This document shows, piece after piece, positions 10,001 through 18,540 of a stretch of DNA of 64,000 nucleotides; the stretch's first letter is position 1, and each line of letters begins with the position of its first letter. The stretch spans positions 128,001-192,000 of the forward strand of contig JAZKFH010000009.1 of assembly GCA_040386535.1 (NCBI GenBank). The letters are read 5' to 3'. This DNA is from Myxococcota bacterium. GTDB taxonomy: Bacteria; Myxococcota_A; UBA796; SXON01. Under the pieces are notes generated by a model. That model searched no databases, had not been told where the DNA came from, and saw only the letters and a program-made list of their open reading frames with translations. The position numbers were made by a program, and so were the translations under genes.

Positions 10001-11956
10001 GAGCTTGTTCCCATCGGGCTCGCCCGTGACCGTGGCCGCCGCCGCGGTGGAGAGGCCGCTCCCGGTCCCACGGAAGTGGTACATGCGGCCGGCCTCGATG
10101 TCGTAGGCGGGCGCGCCCACGACCGCGTCCAGAAGGCCGTCTCCGTCAGCGTCCGCGAGGGCGACGGCGGCGCCGAACTCGTCGCCGGTGGTCTCGCCGA
10201 CGAGGCTCGCGTCGACCGTGGCGTCGAGCCCAGACGGGCCGCCGAGGAACAACAGCGCCGCGCCGGCCGTCCGCCCCGACACGCCGACCAGCACGTCGTC
10301 GGCGCCGTCGCCATCGACATCGCCGGCCGCGAGCGCGTCTCCGAAAGTGGTCTCGTCGATGCCGCCGGCGATCCGGGTGGACACCGCGGCCATCGGCCCG
10401 GTGATCGCACCGTGGTAGACGTTCAGCCAGCCGTTGGCGCCCACGAGCACGTCGCTGAAGCCGTCCGCGTTCACGTCGCCGCCGATCACCGGGTAGCCGG
10501 CGAGGGACTCGCGTGAGCCCGGGAAGAAGCTCACGAGGGAGGTGGTGGAGAGCCCGCTGGCGCCGCCCCGAAACACCCGGACGTTTCCGAGATCGTCGCT
10601 GACCGCCACGTCGTCGTGCCCGTCCCCGTCCACGTCCCCCACGCCACAGGCCGTGAGGCCGAACTGTGTGGCGGCGCTGGCGGAGAGGCTGGTCGTGGCC
10701 GTCGTCTCCGTTCCCGCGGGGCCACCGCGGAACAGGTCCACGCGCCCGACCCGGGGTGCGCCGACGACCACGTCGGCGTAGCCGTCCCCATCGACGTCGC
10801 CCGCGGAACAGACGGCGCTACCGAAGAACTCCAGGGAGGTCGCCGTGCCGAGGGTCGTGCCGGCGTCGCTGGAGATGCCGCTCGCCGATCCGTAGAACAC
10901 GTGGGCGCGGCCGCCGGTGCCGTCGCGCCGCGCCCCGACGATCACGTCGTCGTAGCCGTCCCCGTCGACATCCCCCGCGCCCGCCGCGTCGCGGCCGAAC
11001 TCGAACATGTAGTCCCCGTCGAGGCGCGTGACGGCGTCGTAGGAGGGCCCCCCGGCCCGGCCGTAGAACACGAAGGCCGCTCCGAAACCCGACCAATAGT
11101 CGTAGCTGCTGACGACGAGATCCTCGACGCCGTCTCTGTTCACATCACCGGCCGACGCGACCCGGTAGGTGAAACTGGGGGAGGTGCTCGGCCGGCCGGA
11201 AGCGCTCCACGCCGCCGTCTCGTAGACCGGGTCGATCTCGACGGGGTACGCCGCGCCCGCGTCGTCCACGTGTACGGCCAGCCCCTGGTCCGTGGGCTCG
11301 AGCCAGACGGGAAGCGCCGCGCCCGTCGCATCCCACGCCGCGAGGCCGCCCATGCGCCAGGCGCGCCCCGCCCCGTCGGTGATCTCGGCGTGATCGGCGC
11401 GCACCTCCGTCGCGAGCGACCCCTCGATCGCGAGGTCGATGTGGAGGGGGCCGGTGCCCGCCGGGGGCGTGGGGACCCGCCAGCCCTGCTGGAGCCCGCG
11501 GTCGCGCGCGGTCCACCACTCCGTGATGCCGGGGGCGTCGTATTCGAGCCGCTGGATGCAGCGCCCGTCGACCGCTTGGGCGTTCGTGCAGGCGCCGAGG
11601 GTCGGCGCGCGCGGGGCGATCGGATCGTGGGCGTCGTCGCGCCCCCACGCCACGGTGCGCAGCGACCAGGCCTCCGTGCCGGCCCGGCCCGTGAACTGGA
11701 CCCCCGCGGCATCGAAGCGGGCGCCGGCGTCGGCCCCCGGCACCGACGCGCGAAAGGCCCCCTCGTTCGGGCGGATGGCGCGTGCCTCCGCGGCGAAGCG
11801 CTCGTCGAGCGCACGCTGCCAGTCATCCGCCGAGGCGCGGGGCGCGAGCACGTCCGGCGTGACCACCGGCTCCGGTGCTTGGCAGCCCCAGGCAGCCAGA
11901 CCGACGAGCACGAGGAGACAGGGGGAACGCGGGGATCGAGCGGGCAGGATTGGCAC
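7070..11956 (-). CDS. Large surface protein: about 14 FG-GAP repeats, 9 MopE-type DCDD metal-binding repeats, MYXO-CTERM-like tail
   Basis: N-terminal 'LLVLVGLAAWGC'; repeated 'AGDVDGDGYDDVxVGA'; repeated 'DCDDxDxxxHPxAxExCD..D.DCDG'; C-terminal 'GCPGCSGAPG...IAVLLGIVALSRRR'. The GTG start at 11956 is inferred. Confidence 0.9.
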   Translation of the reverse strand: MPILPARSPRSPCLLVLVGLAAWGCQAPEPVVTPDVLAPRASADDWQRALDERFAAEARAIRPNEGAFRASVPGADAGARFDAAGVQFTGRAGTEAWSLRTVAWGRDDAHDPIAPRAPTLGACTNAQAVDGRCIQRLEYDAPGITEWWTARDRGLQQGWRVPTPPAGTGPLHIDLAIEGSLATEVRADHAEITDGAGRAWRMGGLAAWDATGAALPVWLEPTDQGLAVHVDDAGAAYPVEIDPVYETAAWSASGRPSTSPSFTYRVASAGDVNRDGVEDLVVSSYDYWSGFGAAFVFYGRAGGPSYDAVTRLDGDYMFEFGRDAAGAGDVDGDGYDDVIVGARRDGTGGRAHVFYGSASGISSDAGTTLGTATSLEFFGSAVCSAGDVDGDGYADVVVGAPRVGRVDLFRGGPAGTETTATTSLSASAATQFGLTACGVGDVDGDGHDDVAVSDDLGNVRVFRGGASGLSTTSLVSFFPGSRESLAGYPVIGGDVNADGFSDVLVGANGWLNVYHGAITGPMAAVSTRIAGGIDETTFGDALAAGDVDGDGADDVLVGVSGRTAGAALLFLGGPSGLDATVDASLVGETTGDEFGAAVALADADGDGLLDAVVGAPAYDIEAGRMYHFRGTGSGLSTAAAATVTGEPDGNKLGYVIGPAGDVDADGYADVLVTAPGYESSTGAAFLFHGSATGLLDEPTTTLVAAGASQFGYAAAALGDSDADGYDDVAIGHYGQFETPSVVRVYHGSASGLEPAPRVSVTLATDATSTFGNALAGPGDVNGDGYDDLVVGDVSSSARVGAGYVFLGSASGIRTSSYTVLARGLTTRGLGDYVGRAGDVNGDGYADVLVGQPSHESSTGRVVVYLGSSTGVDETADTILLGEATGNWFGISFDAAGDLDGDGFDDVIVGEPRSGLGRALVFHGSASGLSATPAATITGTTTNDTFAYVLAGAGDLDGDGYDDVVVLDTGTGSSGIVGIYGGSASGLDTTARRTLSSRDPTQIDGYGFTLGRAGDVDGDGFDDLLIGAAGDDRNAGRVDLHLGCADADRDGACAPVDCDDADATTAGVFTAYRDGDGDGYGAAEVTVCALTPGYTTTRGDCDDDDATVHPGATERCDAADFDEDCDGRADDADDAPAGPTTAYLDGDGDGYGSSAATWCDVPAGYVGVGGDCDDGAAVISPGAPERCDPADVDEDCDGVAEDADTSATGQTAYVLDADGDGYGGTTPVYACDLSPGMMTDSTDCDDADAGVSPAGREVCDPADRDENCDGLADDADPSATGASRAYADADGDGFGGWRTAWMCDLAAGYTATSLDCDDTSAAISPAGSEVCDVADADEDCDGLVEDADPSATGQTTVYRDVDGDGFGGVTASACDLASGYAAVGADCDDADAAFHPGAAEPDCTDANDYDCDGVSPRTDADADGWAACVDCDDTDPDVHPEAPDAAGDGMDSDCDAVELCYVDADEDGYHDEDGATIPSDDPSCSGLGEALATEPAGDCDDADPRFHPAAEESDCADSADYNCDGSVGYADADADGFAACVECDDADAAAHPEAVEIAGDGIDQDCDGADLPAPGDTADEPPIDPPAAGCPGCSGAPGAGTGIAVLLGIVALSRRRTRAPEGAARVPRS

Positions 11957-12016
11957 GTCGGACTGTACGGCGCGCGCGGCGGCGTCGCAATCGTAGGTTT
12001 CAAGCAACTACGGTGA

Positions 12017-12715
12017 TCAGCCCGCGGCGGTCTCCGCGATCCGCTGGAGGAACATGCGCTCGAGCCCCTCGGGACCGAGCGTCGCGATCTGCTCGTCCGC
12101 CACCACGCGCCCGTGCGCGAGCATCACCACCCGGCCCGCGACGCGCTCGACCGTCTCCAGGATGTGGGTGGAGAGGAGCACGGTGGTGCCTTGGTCGCAG
12201 AGGGTGCGGAGCGCGTTCTTCATGCGCGCGGCGCTGGGGGGATCGAGGCCGTTCAGCGCTTCGTCCAGCACGAGCACCGGGGGGCGGGAGACCACCGCCG
12301 CGGCCAGCGCGGTCTTGCGGCGCATGCCTTGCGAGTACTCGCGGATGAGCCGGTTCGCGTCCTCGCCGAGGCCGGTCATCTCGAGCGCGGCCTCGATGTC
12401 GCCGCCGCCGCGCACGGCCACGACGAGCTCGAGGAACTCGCGGGCGGTGAGGTAGTCGTACAGCGCGGGCTCCTCGGGGACGTAGCCGAGCTTCGTCCGC
12501 GCGCCGGCCGGATCCTGGCGCACGTCGATCCCGCCGACGGACACGGTGCCCTCGGTGGGGAGGAGCTGGCCCGCCAGCATCTTGAGCACCGTGGACTTGC
12601 CCGCGCCGTTGTGTCCGATGAGGCCGACCAGCTCGCCGGCGCCCACGGTCAGATCGATGCGGTCGACCGCCACCTTGCGCCCGTACACCTTGCGTACGCC
12701 CCGAAGCTCGATCAC
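12017..12715 (-). CDS. ABC transporter ATP-binding protein (CcmA/NatA-like)
   Basis: GHNGAGKST, signature YSQGM, 'VLDEALNGLD', H-loop 'STH'. GTG start overlaps the upstream stop. Confidence 0.93.
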   Translation of the reverse strand: MIELRGVRKVYGRKVAVDRIDLTVGAGELVGLIGHNGAGKSTVLKMLAGQLLPTEGTVSVGGIDVRQDPAGARTKLGYVPEEPALYDYLTAREFLELVVAVRGGGDIEAALEMTGLGEDANRLIREYSQGMRRKTALAAAVVSRPPVLVLDEALNGLDPPSAARMKNALRTLCDQGTTVLLSTHILETVERVAGRVVMLAHGRVVADEQIATLGPEGLERMFLQRIAETAAG

Positions 12716-14040
12716 GCGATGCCTCCCACCGCCCACAGGAGCAGCGCCGCCGGAAGATAGACCAGGCCGCCCTTTGCCCGTAGCGTGTCACCCGACCACG
12801 CGGCCACCCCCGCCAGCGCGAGCGCCACGAGCTCGAGGCGCAGGAGCGCGCCGAACGCCGGCAGGCCCTGCCGAACGAGCAGGGTTGCGGTGCCGACGGC
12901 CACGACGACCTGCATGGCGGCGAACACCGCGGTGGCGCGCGCCAGGACGCGCCCGCGCAGGGGCAGGAAGGTGTCGAGCCACGGCGGATCCGTGGCGCCG
13001 AGCCGGACGCCCACGTACCCGAGGGCCGCGAGCGCGGCGGCGCCGACCTGGGCGAGCCGGGCCGGGCCGTCGGCGGACGCGGTCCAGCCGGCGATCCCCG
13101 CGAGCAACGCGAGGCCCCAGGAGCCGGTGACCCAGGTGCGATGGGCGCGCCAGAGGTGGCGCAGCTCCTTGCGCAGCGCGAGCCGGAGCGGGGCGGGGGC
13201 GAGGCGGACGGTCCACTCGAGGTAGACGGCGCGGGCGTCCTCCGGGTCCTCGCTCTGGGCCCACGCGGCCTCGATCTCGCCGAGGACCGCGCCGATCCCG
13301 GCCATCGCGGGCGCCGAGCGCACGGCGAGCACCAGCCCCGCCACGGCGAGGACGAACGGGGCGGCGATGCCGACGAACCCGGAGGGATCGCCGAGGAGCA
13401 CCCGACCGGCGCCCCAGGCCGCCGCGACGGTCGCGGTGCCGGAGAGCGCGAGGGCGACGCCGGGCGCGTAGAGCAGGGCGGCCTGCAGCCGCGGGTTGGG
13501 CCCCCGGATTGCGTCGAACAGGCCCGCGAGGCCTGGGCGGGTGGCGAGGCCGGGCGCCGCGAGGTTGACCCCTAGGCCGACCGCGAGCCCCGCCGACCAC
13601 GCGCCCAGGAGCACGGTGGCGCCGAGCGCGAAGGCGTCCGTACGGGGGAGCATCGGCAGGAGGAAGACGATGGCGACGAAGAGCCAGGGGAGCCGATCGC
13701 GGACGAGGCCCTCCGTGCGCGCCAGCAGCCACGGCCGCGGGAGGAGGGGATGGATGTCGATGACCCCGCGGTCCGGCCCGCGCACGAGCGCGTCGTACGT
13801 CGTGAGCGAGAGGAGCGCGGCCACCACGAGCCCCACCCGGGCGGTCACCCCCGTGAAGCCCGCCGCCCACGCGTTCTCCCCGCCGGCCAGGAGCGTGCCG
13901 TACAGGTCGCGCGCGAGCCACACCGCCGCGATCGCCCCCACGAGCGGCGCGAGCCCGGCGAGCCGCGCGAGCGGGCCCTCGACGCGGTGCCGCGCCCGCC
14001 GCTGCCGGCGATCCGAGAGGCGGTACGGGTTCTTTTCCAT
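12712..14040 (-). CDS. Polytopic membrane protein, probable ABC exporter permease
   Basis: Many hydrophobic segments, 'RKELRHLWR' motif typical of ABC-2-like permeases, coupled to the ATPase gene. Confidence 0.75.
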   Translation of the reverse strand: MEKNPYRLSDRRQRRARHRVEGPLARLAGLAPLVGAIAAVWLARDLYGTLLAGGENAWAAGFTGVTARVGLVVAALLSLTTYDALVRGPDRGVIDIHPLLPRPWLLARTEGLVRDRLPWLFVAIVFLLPMLPRTDAFALGATVLLGAWSAGLAVGLGVNLAAPGLATRPGLAGLFDAIRGPNPRLQAALLYAPGVALALSGTATVAAAWGAGRVLLGDPSGFVGIAAPFVLAVAGLVLAVRSAPAMAGIGAVLGEIEAAWAQSEDPEDARAVYLEWTVRLAPAPLRLALRKELRHLWRAHRTWVTGSWGLALLAGIAGWTASADGPARLAQVGAAALAALGYVGVRLGATDPPWLDTFLPLRGRVLARATAVFAAMQVVVAVGTATLLVRQGLPAFGALLRLELVALALAGVAAWSGDTLRAKGGLVYLPAALLLWAVGGIA

Positions 14041-14155
14041 GGGCCGCCCACCTATCGCGGCCGACGTTCGGGCCCCACCCCTGGAGAGGTCGCAGAGGGT
14101 GTAAGGGCGGTGACAGAGACACACCAGCAAGGGAAGGCGCCAACCCTGGTCCGGT

Positions 14156-14183
14156 TTGACATTCTGTTCACCTCGTCTACAGT
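14156..14183 (+). promoter_or_regulatory. Sigma-70-type promoter candidate
   Basis: TTGACA (14156-14161), 16-nt spacer, TACAGT (14178-14183), upstream of the CDS at 14252. Confidence 0.6.
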
Positions 14184-14251
14184 AGTTGCCGCTCACCCGC
14201 ACCGGCGGCTCGCTTCGGCGCCCACGTGCAACCCTCGTCTCGGAGTCTCCC

Positions 14252-14899
14252 TTGCGCAACGCCCTCCTGATGATCCTGGCGCTCGGTGCACTTCCCGCCT
14301 TCGCCGAGGATTCCGCCGAGCCGGTCCTCGCGGCGGAGGAAGAGGACGACGACCTGTTCAAGGACGACGGCGAGTCCAAGGGAAACAACGCCGACATCCC
14401 CAACGCGACGTCGTTCAAGGACGAGGACGATCTGGACATCCCCACGTTCAGCGCCCAGACCAAGGCTGTCGACAAGGAGAAGGACCTCTCCGCCTACGTC
14501 GACCCCCGCGCCACCGTCGGCTCGAACACCACCATGCCGCTCGACGTCGTGGGCAAGGATCTCCTCGGCGACAACTGGGGCCCCCAGGTGGTCGTGGCCG
14601 ACAAGGACGCGGTCGTGGTCGAGCTGCCCGTGCTCTACGCGCGCAACCGCGGCGAGTTCGACGGCGTGGCCTACTGGCTCGTGGCCGAGGCCTACGCCGA
14701 CGGCAAGAAGGTGGCCCAGTCCCGCATCGAGATCACGCGGGACGCGATCGCGGACAAGGGCCCGTCCGTCCAGTTCTTCCGCCTGTTCACGCCCGTGCCC
14801 GCCACCGCCGGCGTGATCGTGGTCAACGTGAGCAAGGCCACGTCCGCCTCCGCCAAGCCCACGCTGCTGTTCACGCGCTCGGTCAACTACAAGCTTTAG
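14252..14899 (+). CDS. Secreted acidic hypothetical protein
   Basis: GGAG then TTG start, signal peptide '...LALGALPAFA', D/E-rich linker, beta-rich C-terminus, typical codon usage. Confidence 0.75.
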   Translation: MRNALLMILALGALPAFAEDSAEPVLAAEEEDDDLFKDDGESKGNNADIPNATSFKDEDDLDIPTFSAQTKAVDKEKDLSAYVDPRATVGSNTTMPLDVVGKDLLGDNWGPQVVVADKDAVVVELPVLYARNRGEFDGVAYWLVAEAYADGKKVAQSRIEITRDAIADKGPSVQFFRLFTPVPATAGVIVVNVSKATSASAKPTLLFTRSVNYKL

Positions 14900-14946
14900 G
14901 GGCGCTCCCAGCGGACGCGGCCGCCCGTTCCGCGGTAGGCTCGCGC

Positions 14947-15297
14947 ATGGCTACCGATCCTTACGGTTTTGCGGACGATGCGGCGGGAGGCGGCGGCGCG
15001 CCCGTCGACGCCGCGATCTGCTTGTGGACAGGTGTGTCCTCGCTCATCCTCGGCGCCGTGGCCCCGTGCCTCTGCTACGCGCCGTGGGTCATGGTGCTCC
15101 CCCTCTCCATCGTGTCCGTCTACTACGGCGTGCGGGCGCGGAGCGCGGGGTCCGCAGGCGCGGGGCACGACCTGGCAAACATCGCCGGGCTGGTGTCCGG
15201 CGGCGTGAGCCTCGCGCTGTCGCTGCTGTTCGTCGCGGGGGTGGTCATCTACATCGGCTTCTTCGTCGCGATCATGCTGGCCGGCGGCAACTTCTAG
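14947..15297 (+). CDS. Small membrane protein (DUF4190-like)
   Basis: 'MATDPYG...' followed by three hydrophobic segments with a 'PCLC' motif. Confidence 0.7.
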   Translation: MATDPYGFADDAAGGGGAPVDAAICLWTGVSSLILGAVAPCLCYAPWVMVLPLSIVSVYYGVRARSAGSAGAGHDLANIAGLVSGGVSLALSLLFVAGVVIYIGFFVAIMLAGGNF

Positions 15298-15313
15298 CGC
15301 CGCGACCGGGGCT

Positions 15314-16630
15314 TCAGGCGACAATCTCGCCGCGCAACGTGTTCGCGAAGGCGCGGGTGACCTTCACGTCCACCCACTGCCCGGACAGCGCGGGATCGCC
15401 GGGGAAGTTGACCATCTTGAACGTGCTGGTGCGGCCGCACACCACGCCCTCGTCGTGGGCGGAGGGGCCCTCGACCAGCACGCTCAGCGTCTGGTCGACC
15501 AGGGCGGCGTGGGCCTCGATCTGCAGGTCACGCTGCCGATCCTGGAGGCGCTGGAGGCGGGCCTGGGCCACGCCGTCGGGCACCGCCTCGTCCATCAGGC
15601 GGAGCGCGGGCGTGCCCGGGCGCGGCGAGAACTTGAAGGAGAACGAGCCCTCGAACCGGACGGCGTCCAGCAGGGTCATCGTGTCTTCGAAGTCGTTGTC
15701 CTGCTCGCCCGGAAACCCGATGATGAAGTCGGTCGTGAAGTTGATCTCGGGCCGCGCGGCGCGGAGCTTCTCGATGACCTCGAGGTAGCGGGCGCGGGTG
15801 TAGAAGCGCTTCATGCGGCGCAACACGCGGTCCGACCCGCTCTGCACGGGCAGGTGCAGGTGGGAGGCGAGCTTGGGGAGGTCGGCGTAGCAGGCCACCA
15901 CGTCGTCCCCCATGTCGCGGGGGTGGGACGTCGTGTAGCGGATGACCTCGACGCCGGGGATGGCGTGCACCTCGCGCAGGAGCTGGGCGAACGTCGGCAT
16001 CCCCGGGACCTTGAGCCCGTAGGAGTTCACGTTCTGGCCGATGAGCGTGATTTCGCGCACGCCCTGGCCCACGAGCCCCTCGACCTCGGCCAGGATTTGG
16101 TCGGCCGGGCGGCTCGCCTCGTCGCCACGCGTGGTCGGCACGATGCAGAAGGTGCAGCGGTTGTCGCAGCCCTTCGCGATGGTGACGAACGATCCGACCT
16201 TGCCCGTCGCGTCGGGATCGAGGTCCGAGGAGAAGGGGTAGCCGTCCGTGCCGAAGAACTCGGTGTCGAGGACGCGGCGGGTGCGCGCAGTCTCCACCAT
16301 GTCGCGCACCCGGCTCACCGCGTCGGGTCCGAAGACGAGATCGAGCGTGGGGTACTTCTTGAAGATCTTGCCGCCGTCCATCTGGGCCACGCAGCCGGCC
16401 ACCGCCACGGTCAACGGGCGCACCTTCTTCTGCGGGAGGATGCGCCCGAGGAAGGAGTGGAGCTTTTGCTCGGGCTTGTCCCGGATCGAGCACGTGTTGA
16501 CGATGACGAGGTCGGCGTCGTCGATGTCTTCGGTGGGCACGAAGCCGGCCGGCGCGAGCTGAGCGCGCATCTTGCCGCTGTCGTACTCGTTCATCTGGCA
16601 GCCGAAGGTCTTGATGTACACACGAGGCAT
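15314..16630 (-). CDS. miaB: tRNA-2-methylthio-N6-dimethylallyladenosine synthase
   Basis: 'TFGCQMNEYDS', 'NTCSIRDK', 'GCVAQ', radical-SAM 'CDNRCTFC', C-terminal TRAM domain. Confidence 0.97.
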   Translation of the reverse strand: MPRVYIKTFGCQMNEYDSGKMRAQLAPAGFVPTEDIDDADLVIVNTCSIRDKPEQKLHSFLGRILPQKKVRPLTVAVAGCVAQMDGGKIFKKYPTLDLVFGPDAVSRVRDMVETARTRRVLDTEFFGTDGYPFSSDLDPDATGKVGSFVTIAKGCDNRCTFCIVPTTRGDEASRPADQILAEVEGLVGQGVREITLIGQNVNSYGLKVPGMPTFAQLLREVHAIPGVEVIRYTTSHPRDMGDDVVACYADLPKLASHLHLPVQSGSDRVLRRMKRFYTRARYLEVIEKLRAARPEINFTTDFIIGFPGEQDNDFEDTMTLLDAVRFEGSFSFKFSPRPGTPALRLMDEAVPDGVAQARLQRLQDRQRDLQIEAHAALVDQTLSVLVEGPSAHDEGVVCGRTSTFKMVNFPGDPALSGQWVDVKVTRAFANTLRGEIVA

Positions 16631-16695
16631 CGGCGGCGTCTATCACGCCGGTCCCCGTCCCTCCCCTTCAGCGAACCCGCGGAACCGTAGGCGCG

Positions 16696-18465
16696 CTAGC
16701 CGGCCGCGCAGAACGCCGCGTTGCCGGAGGCGCTCTCGCACAACGCCACCGCGCGGTCGACCGGCTGGCCGCTCGTCCGTGCGTAGTCGAGCCATTCGCG
16801 CGCGAAGTCCTTCGCGAGGCCGCGGTAGCGGTCGGTCGCGGCCTGGTTCTCCTCGGAGCGCTCCTCGATGAAGTCGGCCTCGCCGTCGTGCCACATGCGC
16901 ACGGCGGTCTCCGCGCGGAGGCGGAGGAGGTTGTAGACCCGCGACATGTAGGTCGGGCCGTCCCAGATGTGCTTGTTCTCGAGCGCGTAGTCCGCCCACC
17001 GCAGCACGAGCTCAGCGTCCTCGATGTCGCCGCGGGAGAGCACGAGCGCGAACTTGAAGCACAGGTCGGGATCGGAGCGATCGAAGTCTTCGAGGTGCCG
17101 GGCGGTGAGGCGGATCCACTCGGGGAGGTTGCCCTTGGCGTCGGCGTCGATCATCAACATCCGGGAGAGCTTGTCCTTGGTGGTGAGGACCTTCTCCTCC
17201 GCGATCCGGGATTCGAGGCAGGCGGTCAGATCGGGGGTGAGCTCGCCCGTGATCGCCTTCGGTTCGAGCGCAAGGAGATCCTGGCAGGCGGCGGTGGGCA
17301 CCGGGGCGGCCGGGGGAGGGCTCTTGGCGCTCGTCCGCTTCTTCTTCTTGTTCTTCTGCGCCTTCGCGGCGACGCGCGAGAACGTGTCGAGGCGCGCCCG
17401 CGCGTCCGCCACCTGGGGCACCGCGACGGCCACCTGAGCGCCGTCGACCGTGACGGTGGCGGCGTCGTAGCGCTCGAGGAACGCCTTGAGCGCCGCGACG
17501 GAAGCCGGGGTGTTGGTGACGGTGGCCGGATCGACCGCCGCCCAGTCGGCCTTGGCCTTCGCGATGAGGTCACCCTCGGCCTTGCGGACGCGGCGCGCCT
17601 TCTCCGCGAGGGCCAGCGCGGCGAGGTCTTCCTTGGTCGGGCCGGCTTCGAGCGCGCCGGTGGTCAATGCCCACGCGGTCACGTCCGCGCGGGTCTCCTT
17701 TCCGGGCTTCTGCTCGCCGCCGCCCACCTGGCGCACCACGCGCGCCACGTAGCCCTGGGCCTCCTGGAGGCTCACCGTGCCGTCCGCCGGGGCGCCGATC
17801 TGCCCGTCGGCCCAGCCGCGGAGCGCGCCGACCACGAAGTAGCTGAAGACGCCGTGCCCGGCAGTCGGGTAGCGGTACGCGGGGTCGGCCGCCGTGGTGC
17901 CGCTCCAGATGCTGACCTTGCTGTCGGTCACGACGGGGAGCGGCGCGATCGCCTCGGGCGCGGGGAACAGGACCTCCCCGTCCCGGCCGACGCCGCCGAA
18001 GCCCACGTCGAGCACGACGACGACCTTCTTCGCCTTCGACTTCTCCGCGAGGACGACCAGCTCGTCCAGCGGGAGGGCCGCGGCGCCGAGGGCCCCCGGA
18101 TCGGCGTCGGCGCCGAGCAGCACCCGCTTGCCGTCGACCACCGCGCCGTGGCCGGCCCAGTAGATCCACAACGTGGCGCCGCCCTTCACGGTCTTCGCCG
18201 CGAGGACGATGGCCGCGCGGGCGGAGGCGGCGGTCGCGTCGTTGACGGACACCACACGCTTCTCGTCGATGCCGCGCGTCACGACGAGGTAGTCGCGCAT
18301 CGCGGCGGCGTCCTTCAGCGTGCCCGTGGCGTCCACGAGCTGGCCGAAGTCCTCCACGGCGATGACGACCGCGGCGTCCTTCGAGCTGCGCATTCCCGAC
18401 GCGGCGGGGGCGTCGAACGTAGGAGGGGACACGGCCATGGCGGCCGTAACGAGGGCGAGGAACAT
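16696..18465 (-). CDS. Secreted caspase-domain (C14) protein lacking the catalytic Cys, with C-terminal helical domain
   Basis: 'DAAVVIAVEDF', 'WIYWAGHG', 'VVVVLDVGFGG' (canonical LDACxSG), 'GHGVFSYFVVGALRGWAD'. Short signal 'MFLALVTAAMA'. Confidence 0.8.
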   Translation of the reverse strand: MFLALVTAAMAVSPPTFDAPAASGMRSSKDAAVVIAVEDFGQLVDATGTLKDAAAMRDYLVVTRGIDEKRVVSVNDATAASARAAIVLAAKTVKGGATLWIYWAGHGAVVDGKRVLLGADADPGALGAAALPLDELVVLAEKSKAKKVVVVLDVGFGGVGRDGEVLFPAPEAIAPLPVVTDSKVSIWSGTTAADPAYRYPTAGHGVFSYFVVGALRGWADGQIGAPADGTVSLQEAQGYVARVVRQVGGGEQKPGKETRADVTAWALTTGALEAGPTKEDLAALALAEKARRVRKAEGDLIAKAKADWAAVDPATVTNTPASVAALKAFLERYDAATVTVDGAQVAVAVPQVADARARLDTFSRVAAKAQKNKKKKRTSAKSPPPAAPVPTAACQDLLALEPKAITGELTPDLTACLESRIAEEKVLTTKDKLSRMLMIDADAKGNLPEWIRLTARHLEDFDRSDPDLCFKFALVLSRGDIEDAELVLRWADYALENKHIWDGPTYMSRVYNLLRLRAETAVRMWHDGEADFIEERSEENQAATDRYRGLAKDFAREWLDYARTSGQPVDRAVALCESASGNAAFCAAG

Positions 18466-18540
18466 CAGGAGCCGCGCAGCCGTTCGGTCATGCGGCGTAG
18501 GGTAACAGAGATCCGAACGCTGATGCCATACACCCGAGTT

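Noticed and set aside
4245..10516. Very long + strand ORFs (1051 aa and 1069 aa) and similar antisense or alternate-frame ORFs throughout the window
   Set aside because: They are shadow frames of real genes in high-GC DNA: Arg/Gly/Ala-rich, with no motifs.
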